In this document: piece by piece, positions 18,596 through 29,111 of the stretch
How positions within the stretch are numbered: position 1 is the first letter of the stretch
Layout: the number at the start of each line of letters is the position of its first letter
Assembly (NCBI GenBank): GCA_037441845.1
Contig: JBBIRK010000004.1
Span: forward strand, 159,074-223,073
DNA length: 64,000 bases
Reading direction: 5' to 3'
Source of the DNA: Candidatus Zixiibacteriota bacterium
GTDB taxonomy: Bacteria; Zixibacteria; MSB-5A5; UBA10806; 4484-95
Position numbers and translations under genes: made by a program
The notes under the pieces: generated by a model
Told to the model about the DNA's origin: nothing
The model's input: only the letters and a program-made list of their open reading frames with translations
Database searches by the model: none

Positions 18596-19480
18596 TTGGT
18601 TCGAAAATTGAAAAGTTTCGGAATTTTAGGTCATCATAAGCGGGCCGGCGTGGTGCCGGCGGTGCAGCTTGTCCTTAAGTGGATAAAAGAAAACGGCCTT
18701 AAATATGTGCTTTGCGAAGAGATCGCCGAGTTGATAGACGAAAAGGGCAATCAATTACCGCGGGAGAAAATGCACACCGAAATAGATTGCCTGTTGTCTC
18801 TGGGCGGCGACGGCACAATGTTGGCGGCCGCGCGGGCAGTGGGTCAGTACGGCATACCGATTTTCGGCATAAATGTCGGCAGCCTTGGTTTTCTGACCGA
18901 GGCCACCACCTCGGAAATCATAACCAGCCTCGAGGCGATTAAAGCGGGTCGTTTCATTATCGACGAAAGGATGGCTTTAAGAGTGGAATGCGAAGGGCTG
19001 TGTGATGACCACCTATACGCTCTCAACGATATCGTATTTGACAACGGCGCCGATACGCGTTTGGTTAAACTCGACCTATTCTTGAACGACAAATTCGTTT
19101 GTTCCTACAACGCCGATGGCTTGATTATAGCCACTCCAACCGGTTCCACCGCCTACAATCTCGCCGCCGGAGGTCCGGTATTGCATCCGCAGCTCGATGC
19201 CATAATCGCTTGCCCGATATGTCCCCACTCGTTGACCATCAGACCCATACTTTTCAGCAACGATGCGCAAATTGTCGTCAGACTCGCCGCACCCGATATC
19301 GACGGCCGTTTGACGATCGACGGCCAAGTAAACTTGATCACGCCGCCGGCCGCGGACGTTTTGATTCGCCGGGCTTCCCACAGGGTCATGCTGATTCGAC
19401 TTCACGAATACGACTTTTTCAACATCTTACGCACGAAGCTGCATCTCGGAGCGCGGCCGCTGACTAACGACAATGCTTGA
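18596..19480 (+). CDS. nadK: NAD(+) kinase
   Basis: LGGDGT, GSLGFL, LND, DGLIIATPTGSTAY. Confidence 0.95.
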   Translation: MVRKLKSFGILGHHKRAGVVPAVQLVLKWIKENGLKYVLCEEIAELIDEKGNQLPREKMHTEIDCLLSLGGDGTMLAAARAVGQYGIPIFGINVGSLGFLTEATTSEIITSLEAIKAGRFIIDERMALRVECEGLCDDHLYALNDIVFDNGADTRLVKLDLFLNDKFVCSYNADGLIIATPTGSTAYNLAAGGPVLHPQLDAIIACPICPHSLTIRPILFSNDAQIVVRLAAPDIDGRLTIDGQVNLITPPAADVLIRRASHRVMLIRLHEYDFFNILRTKLHLGARPLTNDNA

Positions 19481-21167
19481 GTCGCTCCATATCAACTCCT
19501 ATGCCTTGATCGATGATCTAACCGTGGATTTTCAAAAAGGCCTGAATATTTTCACAGGGGCCACCGGCGCCGGGAAGACGATTATCGTCGGAGCCTTGCA
19601 TCTGGCCACCGGCGGCAAAGGCAGCGAAAACCAAATCCGCTCCGGCGAGCCTAAAGCGGTCGTCGAGGCGGTATTCAGCATTGACGAAAAAATAAAAGGG
19701 GCGTTTCCCGAGTTCGGCGATGAAGATCGAGTGATCCTACGGCGCGAAATTTCCAGGGACGGCAAGAATAAAGCCAGCGTAAACGGCCGTTCGGTAACAC
19801 TCGGTCAGCTGAAATCGATAGGATCGGTCTTGGTCAATATCACCGGCCAGCATCAGCAGAAGGGGTTGCTCGATATCGCCATCCATAGAACGATTTTGGA
19901 CGATTTCGCCGGTTTGAGCGCCGACATAGACAAATTGAAAGAATCATATCATGAATTTCAGGCCTTGAAGGCGGAACTCGATGACCTCCGAAGGAAACAG
20001 GCAACCATAGAATCGGAAAGGGAGCTGCTGAATTTCCAGGTTAATGAAATCGATTCTGCTGGGTTGTCCGAGGGCGAAGACGACAGTCTCGAATCGGAAA
20101 AGCAACGACTGGTTCATGCGGAGATGGGAAAGTCCATTGTGACTTCCTGCCGCCGGATGCTGTTCGATGATGCGGGATCGGCCGCGGAAAGAATCGCACA
20201 AGCGATTCGCGAAATGTCGCGGTTGGCCAAGTTGATTCCGACGGCCGATGATTTGAAGTCCGAACTGGAAAAACAAGCATACGAATTTGAGGAATTCGAA
20301 ATCGGCTTGAGCCGAATCGAAAAAAACTGCGAACCCGATCCTGAAAGGCTGGAAATCGTCGAAGAAAGGCTGACGCTGATAAAAAAACTGAAACGAAAAT
20401 ACGGCCAGACGATCGGGGAAATAATCGAATTCAGAAATCAAGCCGCTGCACGGCTCAGTGATTTGAACGATCTTGCGGGCAGCTTGAGGGAAATCGAAAA
20501 GCGCCTTGATTCCGCGCGGCGCTCGATGTCGGAATTGGCTTCGCGAATATCGGCCGAAAGACAGGCGGCCGCCGCAAGGCTCGAGAAAGAAACGGCCCGC
20601 AATTTAGCCGAATTGGCCATGGCCGGAAGCGAATTTAAGGTAAGGTTAACCCAACAAGAAGATTCCGAGGGCGATTTTTGGATCGACTCCAAACGATTCG
20701 CCGGCGATTCCGGCGGTATTGATTCCGTGGAATTTCTCATTTGTACCAATCCGGGCGAGGGGCTCAAGCCGCTGGCCTCGACCGCCTCGGGCGGTGAGCT
20801 GTCGCGCATATTGCTGGCGCTCTGTTCGTCTTTGAGCCGGGCCTACCCGGTGGACACTATGGTGTTCGACGAAATCGATACCGGCATTTCAGGAGAGGTC
20901 GCCTCGAGCGTTGCAAGGAAACTTCGCAAACTTGCCAAGGATCGGCAGGTGATCTGCGTTACCCACCTTCAACAGATCGCCAGCAGGGGAGAAGCTCATT
21001 TCAAAGTCTTCAAAGGAAAAGCAAAGGGAAGATCGGTCACAAGAATTAAATTGCTTGACGGAGAAGAGCGAATCGCGGAGATCGCCCGACTACTGTCGGG
21101 GGAAAAGATTAGCGATATCTCGCTTGAGGGAGCCGCCGCTTTGCTTGAAGAAGGCGGCCGCCAGTAA
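19473..21167 (+). CDS. recN: DNA repair protein RecN
   Basis: TGATGAGKT Walker A, coiled coil, ASGGELSR, FDEIDTG, VTHLQQIA. Confidence 0.95.
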   Translation: MLESLHINSYALIDDLTVDFQKGLNIFTGATGAGKTIIVGALHLATGGKGSENQIRSGEPKAVVEAVFSIDEKIKGAFPEFGDEDRVILRREISRDGKNKASVNGRSVTLGQLKSIGSVLVNITGQHQQKGLLDIAIHRTILDDFAGLSADIDKLKESYHEFQALKAELDDLRRKQATIESERELLNFQVNEIDSAGLSEGEDDSLESEKQRLVHAEMGKSIVTSCRRMLFDDAGSAAERIAQAIREMSRLAKLIPTADDLKSELEKQAYEFEEFEIGLSRIEKNCEPDPERLEIVEERLTLIKKLKRKYGQTIGEIIEFRNQAAARLSDLNDLAGSLREIEKRLDSARRSMSELASRISAERQAAAARLEKETARNLAELAMAGSEFKVRLTQQEDSEGDFWIDSKRFAGDSGGIDSVEFLICTNPGEGLKPLASTASGGELSRILLALCSSLSRAYPVDTMVFDEIDTGISGEVASSVARKLRKLAKDRQVICVTHLQQIASRGEAHFKVFKGKAKGRSVTRIKLLDGEERIAEIARLLSGEKISDISLEGAAALLEEGGRQ

Positions 21168-21691
21168 TGAATTCCCGACACTTGCCCAATTTGCTTTCGA
21201 TAATCCGTATCGGTCTTGCTCCCCTCATTTATTTTACGATAAGAGCGGGCTCGTTGGAAATCCTGGCGTTTCTGACCACGGCGGCGATAATCACCGATTT
21301 TCTCGATGGCTTTCTGGCGCGCCGATTGGGCGGCGTTTCCAGCGCCGGAAAACTACTGGACCCTATTGCCGATAAACTCTGCGTATTTTCGGCCGCTTTG
21401 GCCTCGACCATTTATCTGAATATGCCGGTCTTGTTGTTTTTCGCAGTGGTTCTGCGCGACCTGGCGATCCTTGTCGTGGGTATCCTGATTATACGCAGGC
21501 GAGGCGTGATACCGGTTTCGAATCGAATAGGTAAAATTGCTGCTTTCGCCATTTCGGCGGCCCTGGTCGTATTCATTTTCGAAATTCAATCGCTTTATCT
21601 TGGGGCAATCGTCTTGTCCTGCGCAGCCATCGCGGCATCGGGAATCAGCTACATTAAAGTGGGCATAAATTTCTTCCGAGAGGCGAAATAA
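21167..21691 (+). CDS. CDP-alcohol phosphatidyltransferase (PgsA-like)
   Basis: LPNLLSIIR, TDFLDGFLARR...GKLLDPIADK. Confidence 0.9.
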   Translation: MNSRHLPNLLSIIRIGLAPLIYFTIRAGSLEILAFLTTAAIITDFLDGFLARRLGGVSSAGKLLDPIADKLCVFSAALASTIYLNMPVLLFFAVVLRDLAILVVGILIIRRRGVIPVSNRIGKIAAFAISAALVVFIFEIQSLYLGAIVLSCAAIAASGISYIKVGINFFREAK

Positions 21692-21800
21692 TCGCGAATT
21701 CAGGGCGATAATCCGAAACATTTTATGAATCGGCCGTAATAATTAAGTAGATGGATATCGATTCGAATAATTATTGTAAATCCTTCAAGGAGAGTGATCA

Positions 21801-22475
21801 ATGATGTCGGCGTTAAGGATTTTGATGGTTTTTACGATTTTGCTGTTGCCGTCAGTGACTTCGGCCAAACAGAAAAGCGCCGAATTCAAGGACGGCACTT
21901 TGCAGGATTCCTCGCTCGGGTATTCGCTGCAAGTCCCCAAAAACTGGCGGGTGAAAACGTTCGACGAACCGTCGCTGATAAGAGCGATGCTTATCAAGAA
22001 AAATTACGAGGTCAATCGTGAGGTCAAAGATTTGGGCGGAGATTTCACCATTCCCGAAATCCGCCTTTTTTCACGCCCGGATACTTTATCTCCCGCCGAA
22101 TTCATCGAAGAATTGAAGCGATCAACATTATCTCATAAATCGGACGACCGAATCATCAATCAGTTTGAGCTTCTTTTAAGCGGCGAGTATCTATCGGTTC
22201 AGGAAGTCGAAATCGCCGGACTCAAGTGCTTGCAAGCCATTTTCCGTCGCAACTACACAAGGGAATTGCAAGTCGATCCTTTCGATCCCAAATATCGTCA
22301 ATACGGCGGATTGATCGCCAGAAACGAATATGATGTGCACGAGATCTACGTTTTTCGCTCGGGTGAAAATCTATTCGTTATCCAGGCTTTCGCCGAACGG
22401 GAATTTTATCCCGGCAACCGGGAAGAATTCGCCAAGATTTTGGGAACGCTCAAGTTCACCGTCACCGAAAAATGA
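21801..22475 (+). CDS. Secreted hypothetical protein (possible PsbP-like fold)
   Basis: AAGGAG RBS, signal peptide ending TSA, GYSLQVPKNW motif. Confidence 0.6.
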   Translation: MMSALRILMVFTILLLPSVTSAKQKSAEFKDGTLQDSSLGYSLQVPKNWRVKTFDEPSLIRAMLIKKNYEVNREVKDLGGDFTIPEIRLFSRPDTLSPAEFIEELKRSTLSHKSDDRIINQFELLLSGEYLSVQEVEIAGLKCLQAIFRRNYTRELQVDPFDPKYRQYGGLIARNEYDVHEIYVFRSGENLFVIQAFAEREFYPGNREEFAKILGTLKFTVTEK

Positions 22476-22519
22476 TTTTCCCGTATTCCGCCTCCCGCCC
22501 GACTGGTTTTTGAAATCTA

Positions 22520-22548
22520 TTGACCTCGGGGCGATAAATTACTATGAT
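22520..22548 (+). promoter_or_regulatory. Promoter of the lapAB operon
   Basis: TTGACC-N17-TATGAT. Confidence 0.55.
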
Positions 22549-22571
22549 TAATTTTTGATGCAGGAGGAATC

Positions 22572-22889
22572 ATGTGGATTATCAGGTATGCGTTCGCCGC
22601 GGCAATCATAATAGCCATTCTCGGATTCACGATCGGAAATTCCTATCAGCGGGTCGTCATCAATATCGGCGCCAAGACTTATCCCGATGTGCCGCTGATT
22701 CTCGCTTTGTTCATCGCATTCTGTGTCGGAATCGTGTTCTGGTTCGCCATGACGGTGGTTCTGTATTTTCGACAGTCGGCAAAAATCGCCGAGCAGAAGA
22801 AAAAAATCAAAATATTGTCCGAGGAACTTACGGCGCTGCGCAACATGCCTCTCGATGAACCGGATGACAAGATCGGAGAGAAGGTTTGA
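22572..22889 (+). CDS. lapA: LPS assembly protein A (LapA family)
   Basis: Two TM helices, F-x-x-x-N and PL motifs, C-terminal coiled coil ending ELTALRNMP; adjacent to lapB. Confidence 0.8.
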   Translation: MWIIRYAFAAAIIIAILGFTIGNSYQRVVINIGAKTYPDVPLILALFIAFCVGIVFWFAMTVVLYFRQSAKIAEQKKKIKILSEELTALRNMPLDEPDDKIGEKV

Positions 22890-24046
22890 TCGGTTCTTTT
22901 GTGGTTGCTTACTGGTGGATAATGGCTTTCGCCTTGTTGGCCTTTATCGTCGTATTCTTTGCCCTGGATCGCAGAAAACCTCGCGACTTGAGCAAGTATT
23001 CGGTCAATTATATCGAAGGCTTGAAGGCCATGATCGAAAACGATGACCAGAACGCTTTCGTTCGATTCAAACAGACGGTCGCCGAGGATTCCGAGAATAT
23101 CGATGCTTACCTCAGGCTCGGAGACCTGCTGAGAAAGCGCGGCCAAATTCAGAAAGCGGTTCAGGTTCATCGGCAACTCTTGCTTCGCAAAACCATCGAT
23201 AAGGAGACAATCGCCCAGATCTGGAAAGGACTCGCCGCCGATTTTATCGCCGCCCGACGGTTCAATTTGGCTCAGGAAATTCTGGAAAATTTATCCAAGG
23301 AGCCGACGCATAAAAAATGGGCTCGTGAAAAACTCCTCGAGATTTTTGAAAAAACCGGCCGTTTCGATGCGGCGTTCGAGGTTGCCAAAGAGATTTACCG
23401 ATCCAAAGAAACTCAGCCGAAACTCGCCGCCTACCGACAACTCGAGGGCAATCAGCATTTCGGTAGAAAAGACTATCATAAAGCACGCCTTGCCTATAAA
23501 GATGCTCTTCATTACGACGAAAGTTTCGCTCCGGCCTATATAATGATCGCCGAATCTTATCTGGCCGAAAACAAAAAAGAAGAAGCCGCCGAGTTCTACA
23601 TCAAGCTTGCGGAAAAGGCTCCCTCCGAAGCGTGGCAGGTGTTTCGTAAGTTGGAGCAAACGTTGTTTGAACTGGGCAGATTTTCCGATGCCGAGCAAAT
23701 TTATTTGAACTTGATGCGCGAATGCCCTAAAGATTCACGGGTGTTTTACTCTTTCGCGACCATCGCCGAAAAGAAAAACGATTTGACTGCGGCCATAGAT
23801 TCGCTCGGTCAGGCCCTCACGATCAATCCCGCCGATGCGGTGGCAGCCACCAGGCTCGCCCAGCTGTATATCGAGAGCGGCCAAGAGCAAAAGGCGATAA
23901 AAACGCTTCAAGACGTTCGCGCTCATCTTTCGGCTGATCATGACGAATACTCATGCTTATATTGCGCCAAGAGATCATCGAAAAAGGAACTCCTCTGCCC
24001 AGGATGCGGCCGCGTCGGGCCTTTTCAAGAAGTCGCTGCGCCATGA
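22886..24046 (+). CDS. lapB: LPS regulatory protein LapB (TPR + rubredoxin-like)
   Basis: N-terminal TM, YIEGL, LGDLLRKRG...AVQVHRQL, TPRs, CxxC...CPGC. Confidence 0.88.
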   Translation: MIGSFVVAYWWIMAFALLAFIVVFFALDRRKPRDLSKYSVNYIEGLKAMIENDDQNAFVRFKQTVAEDSENIDAYLRLGDLLRKRGQIQKAVQVHRQLLLRKTIDKETIAQIWKGLAADFIAARRFNLAQEILENLSKEPTHKKWAREKLLEIFEKTGRFDAAFEVAKEIYRSKETQPKLAAYRQLEGNQHFGRKDYHKARLAYKDALHYDESFAPAYIMIAESYLAENKKEEAAEFYIKLAEKAPSEAWQVFRKLEQTLFELGRFSDAEQIYLNLMRECPKDSRVFYSFATIAEKKNDLTAAIDSLGQALTINPADAVAATRLAQLYIESGQEQKAIKTLQDVRAHLSADHDEYSCLYCAKRSSKKELLCPGCGRVGPFQEVAAP

Positions 24047-25140
24047 AATCACGGCCGGGATGCGCTTTGTTGTTGGTAACCGGCCGTCTCGTAAAACCTT
24101 TGAACTGGAGTCCAGCGAAATTGACATACAAAAATCTGAGAAGCGCGTTGTTTCTTTGCCTTATCCTGCCGCAGATTGCGATTTGCCGGATCGATTCGCT
24201 GTCATCGCTTTTGGCGGCCGGGCGTTTTGCCGAAGCGCACGAATTCCTGTGGAGCTTTCAAGACAGCGCTGGCCAACGCCTGAATACCTTGGCGCTCGGC
24301 ATATTCAGTCCGGCCGGCGAGAATTCGCTTTCCAACCTGAAAGATTATATCACCGGCAATCCCGATGAAGGGCCGATTATCGATTGGGCACGGTTGTATA
24401 TAGGAAAATACTATCTGGCGGCTGACCTGTATCTGGCGGCGGCCGGTCAATTTCAAGAGATTTCCGCCGATTCTCCGTTCGGCGTTCAGGCCAAGTTTTT
24501 AAGCGGCAAAGCCTCTCTTCTGGCAAGAGATTATTACAAAGCCGAGGAGATATTCCGTGAATTGTCGCGGCGCAAAGCAAGCTCGTTCCATTTTCAATCA
24601 GACACGATTTATCGACATCTTGCTCTGCTTGAGCTTGCGGGCATTCGGGCGGATGCCGGCAAGTACTCGGAATCCGAGAAAATGTATAAACAACTCATCG
24701 AATCGCGACCCGGTGAAGAAATCCATGCCGCGGCCATGATAGGGCTGATAGAGCTTCAAAGACAAATAGGAGACACTAACGAACTTGAAAAAGCCAAAGA
24801 TGCCTATTCGCGAGAATATGCCGCCCTACCCGAGATCGAGCCCGAAGAAATATCAAAGGTGGAACGTCCCGCCGATTCGCTTATCGAAAATCGTTACGGT
24901 CCGGCGGACAAAAGATATTATGTCGACGTGGGGACATTTCCCAAAAAGGCGGATGGCGAAAGGGCGGCTGCGGAATATCGTAAACGAGGATATAAGGCGG
25001 TCGTTGAATCTTATTCGGAAAACAAGACGACGATGTATAGGGTATTGCTGGGAAGTTATGGCTCCAAAGCCCAAGCCGTTTATGTTAAGGAATCCCTCGA
25101 AAAAGCCCTGGCCGGCAATTATTCCGTTGTGGTTCGCTGA
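24043..25140 (+). CDS. TPR + SPOR-domain protein (start uncertain: ATG 24043 or TTG 24121)
   Basis: Hydrophobic N-terminal segment, TPR-like helices, C-terminal YYVDVGTF...YRVLLGSY SPOR pattern. Confidence 0.8.
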   Translation: MKSRPGCALLLVTGRLVKPLNWSPAKLTYKNLRSALFLCLILPQIAICRIDSLSSLLAAGRFAEAHEFLWSFQDSAGQRLNTLALGIFSPAGENSLSNLKDYITGNPDEGPIIDWARLYIGKYYLAADLYLAAAGQFQEISADSPFGVQAKFLSGKASLLARDYYKAEEIFRELSRRKASSFHFQSDTIYRHLALLELAGIRADAGKYSESEKMYKQLIESRPGEEIHAAAMIGLIELQRQIGDTNELEKAKDAYSREYAALPEIEPEEISKVERPADSLIENRYGPADKRYYVDVGTFPKKADGERAAAEYRKRGYKAVVESYSENKTTMYRVLLGSYGSKAQAVYVKESLEKALAGNYSVVVR

Positions 25141-25146
25141 ATTCGT

Positions 25147-27726
25147 ATGAGCGAAAAACTTACGCCGTTATTGCGGCAGTATTTCCGACTTAAAAAGCAA
25201 TATCCCGATCGTATTCTGTTTTTTAGGATGGGTGATTTTTACGAGATGTTCGGCGATGATGCCAAAATCGCCTCGGAAATTCTTGGTATCACTCTTACAT
25301 CGCGCAACCATGGCAAAGACGGCCGCGTGCCGCTGGCCGGCGTGCCCTATCATCAAGCGGAAAAATACCTGCCCAAGCTTCTTAAGGCCGGCTATGGCGT
25401 GGCCGTCTGTGAGCAGATCGAGGATCCCAAAAAAGCTAAGGGGTTGGTGGAGAGAGATGTGATCGAGGTGATAACCCCGGGAAGCGTGACGGTGCAGGGA
25501 GTGCTGGATGACGGTGTGGATAATTTTATCGCCGCCTTGAATCCCGAGGGCAATGAAGCGGGGATCGCGCTCGCCGATTATACGACAGGAAGATTCGTGG
25601 TGGACCAGCTACCTATAGGCAACCTCGACATCGCGCTCGGACAATTCCAACCGGCGGAGCTGCTTGTTCCGGAAAGCTATTCGGGTGATTCGTTGGGCAT
25701 CCCGCTATACCGAACGGAGAATTTCCGGTTCGATCGTATCATGGCCGAAAACGTGCTGCTGGAACATTTCGGCACCGACACTCTCGATGGTTTCGGGTGC
25801 GAACGCATGCCTTTGGCCGTTGGCGCCGCCGGAGCATTGCTCGACTACCTGAAAAGACTGAAAAAGGGGCAGGTCGATCATCTGCGATCGCTCAGCCGAA
25901 TCGTTTCAGGTGATCGAATGTATCTGGATCAGGCGACGATCACAAATCTGGAGCTTGTCGAAGGCGCCGACGGGATGCGTCAGCATTCATTGTTGGGAAT
26001 ACTTGACCGTTGCCATACGGCAATGGGAAGGCGACTGATGCGCAGTCGAATCATTACGCCCCTGATAGATAAGAACATGATCCGGGAAAGACAGCGATAT
26101 ATCCAGGCCTTCTACGAAAATCCCAACCTGGCCGGTGATATTTCCGAGATCCTCCGCGATATCAAGGATGTCGAGAGAATGCTGTCGCGGTTCGTCGCAG
26201 GCCGGGCGACTCCGCGTGATTTGGCCTCGCTCAAAGAATCATTCTCCGCCATGGCTCGATTGAAATCGCGTTTGGCCGAGGATGCGAATTTCGCCGATTA
26301 TTCGCTCAAACTCGATGATTTCGGTGATCTGCTGTCGAAATTCGGACAGGCGCTGGTCGATAATCCTCCGGTTTCTTATCTCGAGGGTGGTATTTTCAGG
26401 CCGGGCTATTCGGCCCAGCTCGACAGATTGAACGAAGAAGTCAAAGAGGCGAGAGTCTTCATGCGGTCCTTGCAAGAAAAAGAACGTCAGCGGACCGGAA
26501 TCTCATCGCTGAAGGTCGGCTACAATCGGATTTATGGTTATTATATCGAAGTCACCAAAGCCAACTCGAAGAATATACCTCAGGAATATATCCGAAAACA
26601 AACTTTGGTTTCCGCCGAACGGTATATCACCGAGGAGATGAAGGAAAAAGAGGAGTTGATTTTGGATGCCGAAGAAAAGATCAATCTTCTCGAAGCCGAG
26701 CTGTTTCTCGAATTGAAGGGCATCATCAAGGATAATTCGCAGCGGATCTTGAATGCTGCGGCTCTGGTCGCCGAAATCGATTTTTATCAATCGCTCGGCA
26801 GTGTTGCGAGAGCCAATCACTATGTCATGCCGACGATTCTGGATTTCGCCGATTCTCCCGACGGTCTAATCGAAATCAAGAACGGGCGGCACCCGGTGAT
26901 TGAAAAAACCATGCCTCCCGGGGAATTCGTCCCCAACGATACTCTGCTGAACGTCGCCGATCAGCGCGTTCATATAATAACGGGACCCAATATGGCAGGT
27001 AAATCCACTTATATCCGGCAGGTGGGGCTTATTGCACTGATGGCCCAAATAGGTGGTTTCGTGCCCGCGGACAAGGCCGTTATTACTATCGCCGATAGGA
27101 TTTTCACTCGAGTAGGCGCATCGGATCGGCTGGCCAAAGGGCAATCTACTTTCATGGTGGAGATGACCGAAACCGCCAACATAGTCAACAATGCGACTCC
27201 CAAAAGCTTGATTCTGCTCGATGAACTCGGCAGAGGAACCTCGACCTATGACGGCCTTTCGCTTGCCTGGGCGATAACCGAATTCATCTCCGACAATCGA
27301 GCGCTTCGCTGCCGCACTTTATTTGCCACCCATTATCACGAACTTACGGAGATAGCGAACGTGCGCGGCGGAGTGGTCAATTTTCAAGTGGCGGTCAAAG
27401 AGGTCAACGACAGAATTATATTTCTGCGTAAAATAAAAGCGGGCGGCTGCGATGATTCCTATGGTATCGAAGTGGCGCGCCTGGCCGGAATTCCGGATCC
27501 CATTATAAATAGGGCGAAATCGATCTTATCGCAGCTGGAAAAGAATCAAGCCTCGAACCTGATTCGCGGCAAAACGCGGATGCCGGAGCCCCAAAGCATA
27601 CAAATTTCACTTTTCGATCCCGAGAACGCCGCAATCGCCGAAAAAATAAAAAGCCTTGACCTGGATAATCTTACTCCGTTGGAGGCGCTGCAACTGCTGA
27701 AGACCCTCAAGGACGAGCTGAATTAA
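25147..27726 (+). CDS. mutS: DNA mismatch repair protein MutS
   Basis: TPLLRQY, FFRMGDFYEMF, TGPNMAGKST, STFMVEM, DELGRGT, ATHYHEL. Confidence 0.98.
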   Translation: MSEKLTPLLRQYFRLKKQYPDRILFFRMGDFYEMFGDDAKIASEILGITLTSRNHGKDGRVPLAGVPYHQAEKYLPKLLKAGYGVAVCEQIEDPKKAKGLVERDVIEVITPGSVTVQGVLDDGVDNFIAALNPEGNEAGIALADYTTGRFVVDQLPIGNLDIALGQFQPAELLVPESYSGDSLGIPLYRTENFRFDRIMAENVLLEHFGTDTLDGFGCERMPLAVGAAGALLDYLKRLKKGQVDHLRSLSRIVSGDRMYLDQATITNLELVEGADGMRQHSLLGILDRCHTAMGRRLMRSRIITPLIDKNMIRERQRYIQAFYENPNLAGDISEILRDIKDVERMLSRFVAGRATPRDLASLKESFSAMARLKSRLAEDANFADYSLKLDDFGDLLSKFGQALVDNPPVSYLEGGIFRPGYSAQLDRLNEEVKEARVFMRSLQEKERQRTGISSLKVGYNRIYGYYIEVTKANSKNIPQEYIRKQTLVSAERYITEEMKEKEELILDAEEKINLLEAELFLELKGIIKDNSQRILNAAALVAEIDFYQSLGSVARANHYVMPTILDFADSPDGLIEIKNGRHPVIEKTMPPGEFVPNDTLLNVADQRVHIITGPNMAGKSTYIRQVGLIALMAQIGGFVPADKAVITIADRIFTRVGASDRLAKGQSTFMVEMTETANIVNNATPKSLILLDELGRGTSTYDGLSLAWAITEFISDNRALRCRTLFATHYHELTEIANVRGGVVNFQVAVKEVNDRIIFLRKIKAGGCDDSYGIEVARLAGIPDPIINRAKSILSQLEKNQASNLIRGKTRMPEPQSIQISLFDPENAAIAEKIKSLDLDNLTPLEALQLLKTLKDELN

Positions 27727-27778
27727 AAAGCCGGCCGAGCTTGTAAAACAACCCTACGGCATTTATATTTATATTCCA

Positions 27779-29065
27779 ATGAACGCCTTCATTCTTACAT
27801 TCGGCTGCCAGATGAACGAATACGACAGCGAAATCCTCGAGTCGCTGCTTGCCGGCAAAGGTTTCAATCTGGTCACGGAACCCGATCGTGCGGATCTCAT
27901 CGTAGTCAACACCTGCAGCGTGCGCCAAAAGGCCGAGGAGCGGGCGATTGCCAGGATTTCCTCGCTGGCGGCGATCAAACGAAATCGGCGGGATATGACG
28001 CTCGTGGTGGCCGGTTGCATGGCGCGCCGCGTGGGAACCGAGTTGCTTAAAAGAATTCCCGAGGTCGATTACGTCGTCGGTCCCGATCGAATACCCGATC
28101 TGCCTGAAATCATCGAAGATAAAAGCGGACCGAAAGTGTTGATCGAGGAGACCGACGGCGGCGATGAAAGCGTCATCGTGCGCAGGCAATCGGAACCGAG
28201 AGCCTATATCGCGATATCGCGTGGTTGCGAAAATTACTGTTCATATTGCATAGTACCCTACGTCCGGGGATCGTTCCGCTGCCGCCCGACTGAAAGCATA
28301 ATCAGCCAATTCAAATCGCTGGTAGATTCCGGGGTGAAAGAGATCACATTACTGGGCCAAAATGTCAATTCTTACAATTACGATGGCGTTGATTTTCCGG
28401 GATTGCTGCGAGTTCTCGACGGCATTGGGAGGTGTCGCCTGAGATTCTTGACCTCTCACCCCAAAGACCTTTCCGATGAATTGGTGGCTTGTTTTTCCGA
28501 TTTACCGAACCTATGTCATGCTATTCACCTTCCGTTGCAATCCGGTTCCGACACGGTGCTCGAGGCGATGAATAGGGGATACACCGTCGATCGATATCTC
28601 AATATCGTGGCGAAATTGCGCAAAGCGGCGCCCGATTTGACATTGACCACCGATATCATAGTCGGTTATCCATGCGAATCCAAGGAGGATTTCGAAAAGA
28701 CACTATCGGTTGTGCGGGCCTTGGAATTCGATTCGGCGTTCATGTTCCGCTATTCGGTTAGGCCGGGCACGATCTCGGCGAAATCGGCGGATATCGTTGG
28801 AGAAAACGAAAAGATCGAAAGGCTTAACCGCTTGATAAAAATCCAGCAGGAAATCACCCAGCGAAAAACAAAAGCGTGGATAGGTAAGACCGTGGAAGTT
28901 CTCATAACCGGCAATAGCCGTCGAAAGCCATTGAGGCCGGCGGGGATAACCAGGGGCGGCCAGAAAATTTTGATACGCAATACGGATTCGTTACCTGTCG
29001 GCGAATTGATTTCGGCGGAGGTGGTCGATGCAAGCGGCAAGACTTTGAGCGGTAATCTGATTTGA
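27779..29065 (+). CDS. miaB: tRNA-2-methylthio-N6-dimethylallyladenosine synthase
   Basis: TFGCQMNEYDS, NTCSVR, GCENYCSYCIVP, GQNVNSY, C-terminal TRAM. Confidence 0.93.
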   Translation: MNAFILTFGCQMNEYDSEILESLLAGKGFNLVTEPDRADLIVVNTCSVRQKAEERAIARISSLAAIKRNRRDMTLVVAGCMARRVGTELLKRIPEVDYVVGPDRIPDLPEIIEDKSGPKVLIEETDGGDESVIVRRQSEPRAYIAISRGCENYCSYCIVPYVRGSFRCRPTESIISQFKSLVDSGVKEITLLGQNVNSYNYDGVDFPGLLRVLDGIGRCRLRFLTSHPKDLSDELVACFSDLPNLCHAIHLPLQSGSDTVLEAMNRGYTVDRYLNIVAKLRKAAPDLTLTTDIIVGYPCESKEDFEKTLSVVRALEFDSAFMFRYSVRPGTISAKSADIVGENEKIERLNRLIKIQQEITQRKTKAWIGKTVEVLITGNSRRKPLRPAGITRGGQKILIRNTDSLPVGELISAEVVDASGKTLSGNLI

Positions 29066-29076
29066 TCCATAAACGC

Positions 29077-29105
29077 TTGACATTTCATTCGGATGGTGGG
29101 ATAAT
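29077..29105 (+). promoter_or_regulatory. Promoter immediately before the sensor gene
   Basis: TTGACA-N17-GATAAT, 6 nt before the ATG. Confidence 0.55.
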
Positions 29106-29111
29106 AGTTTT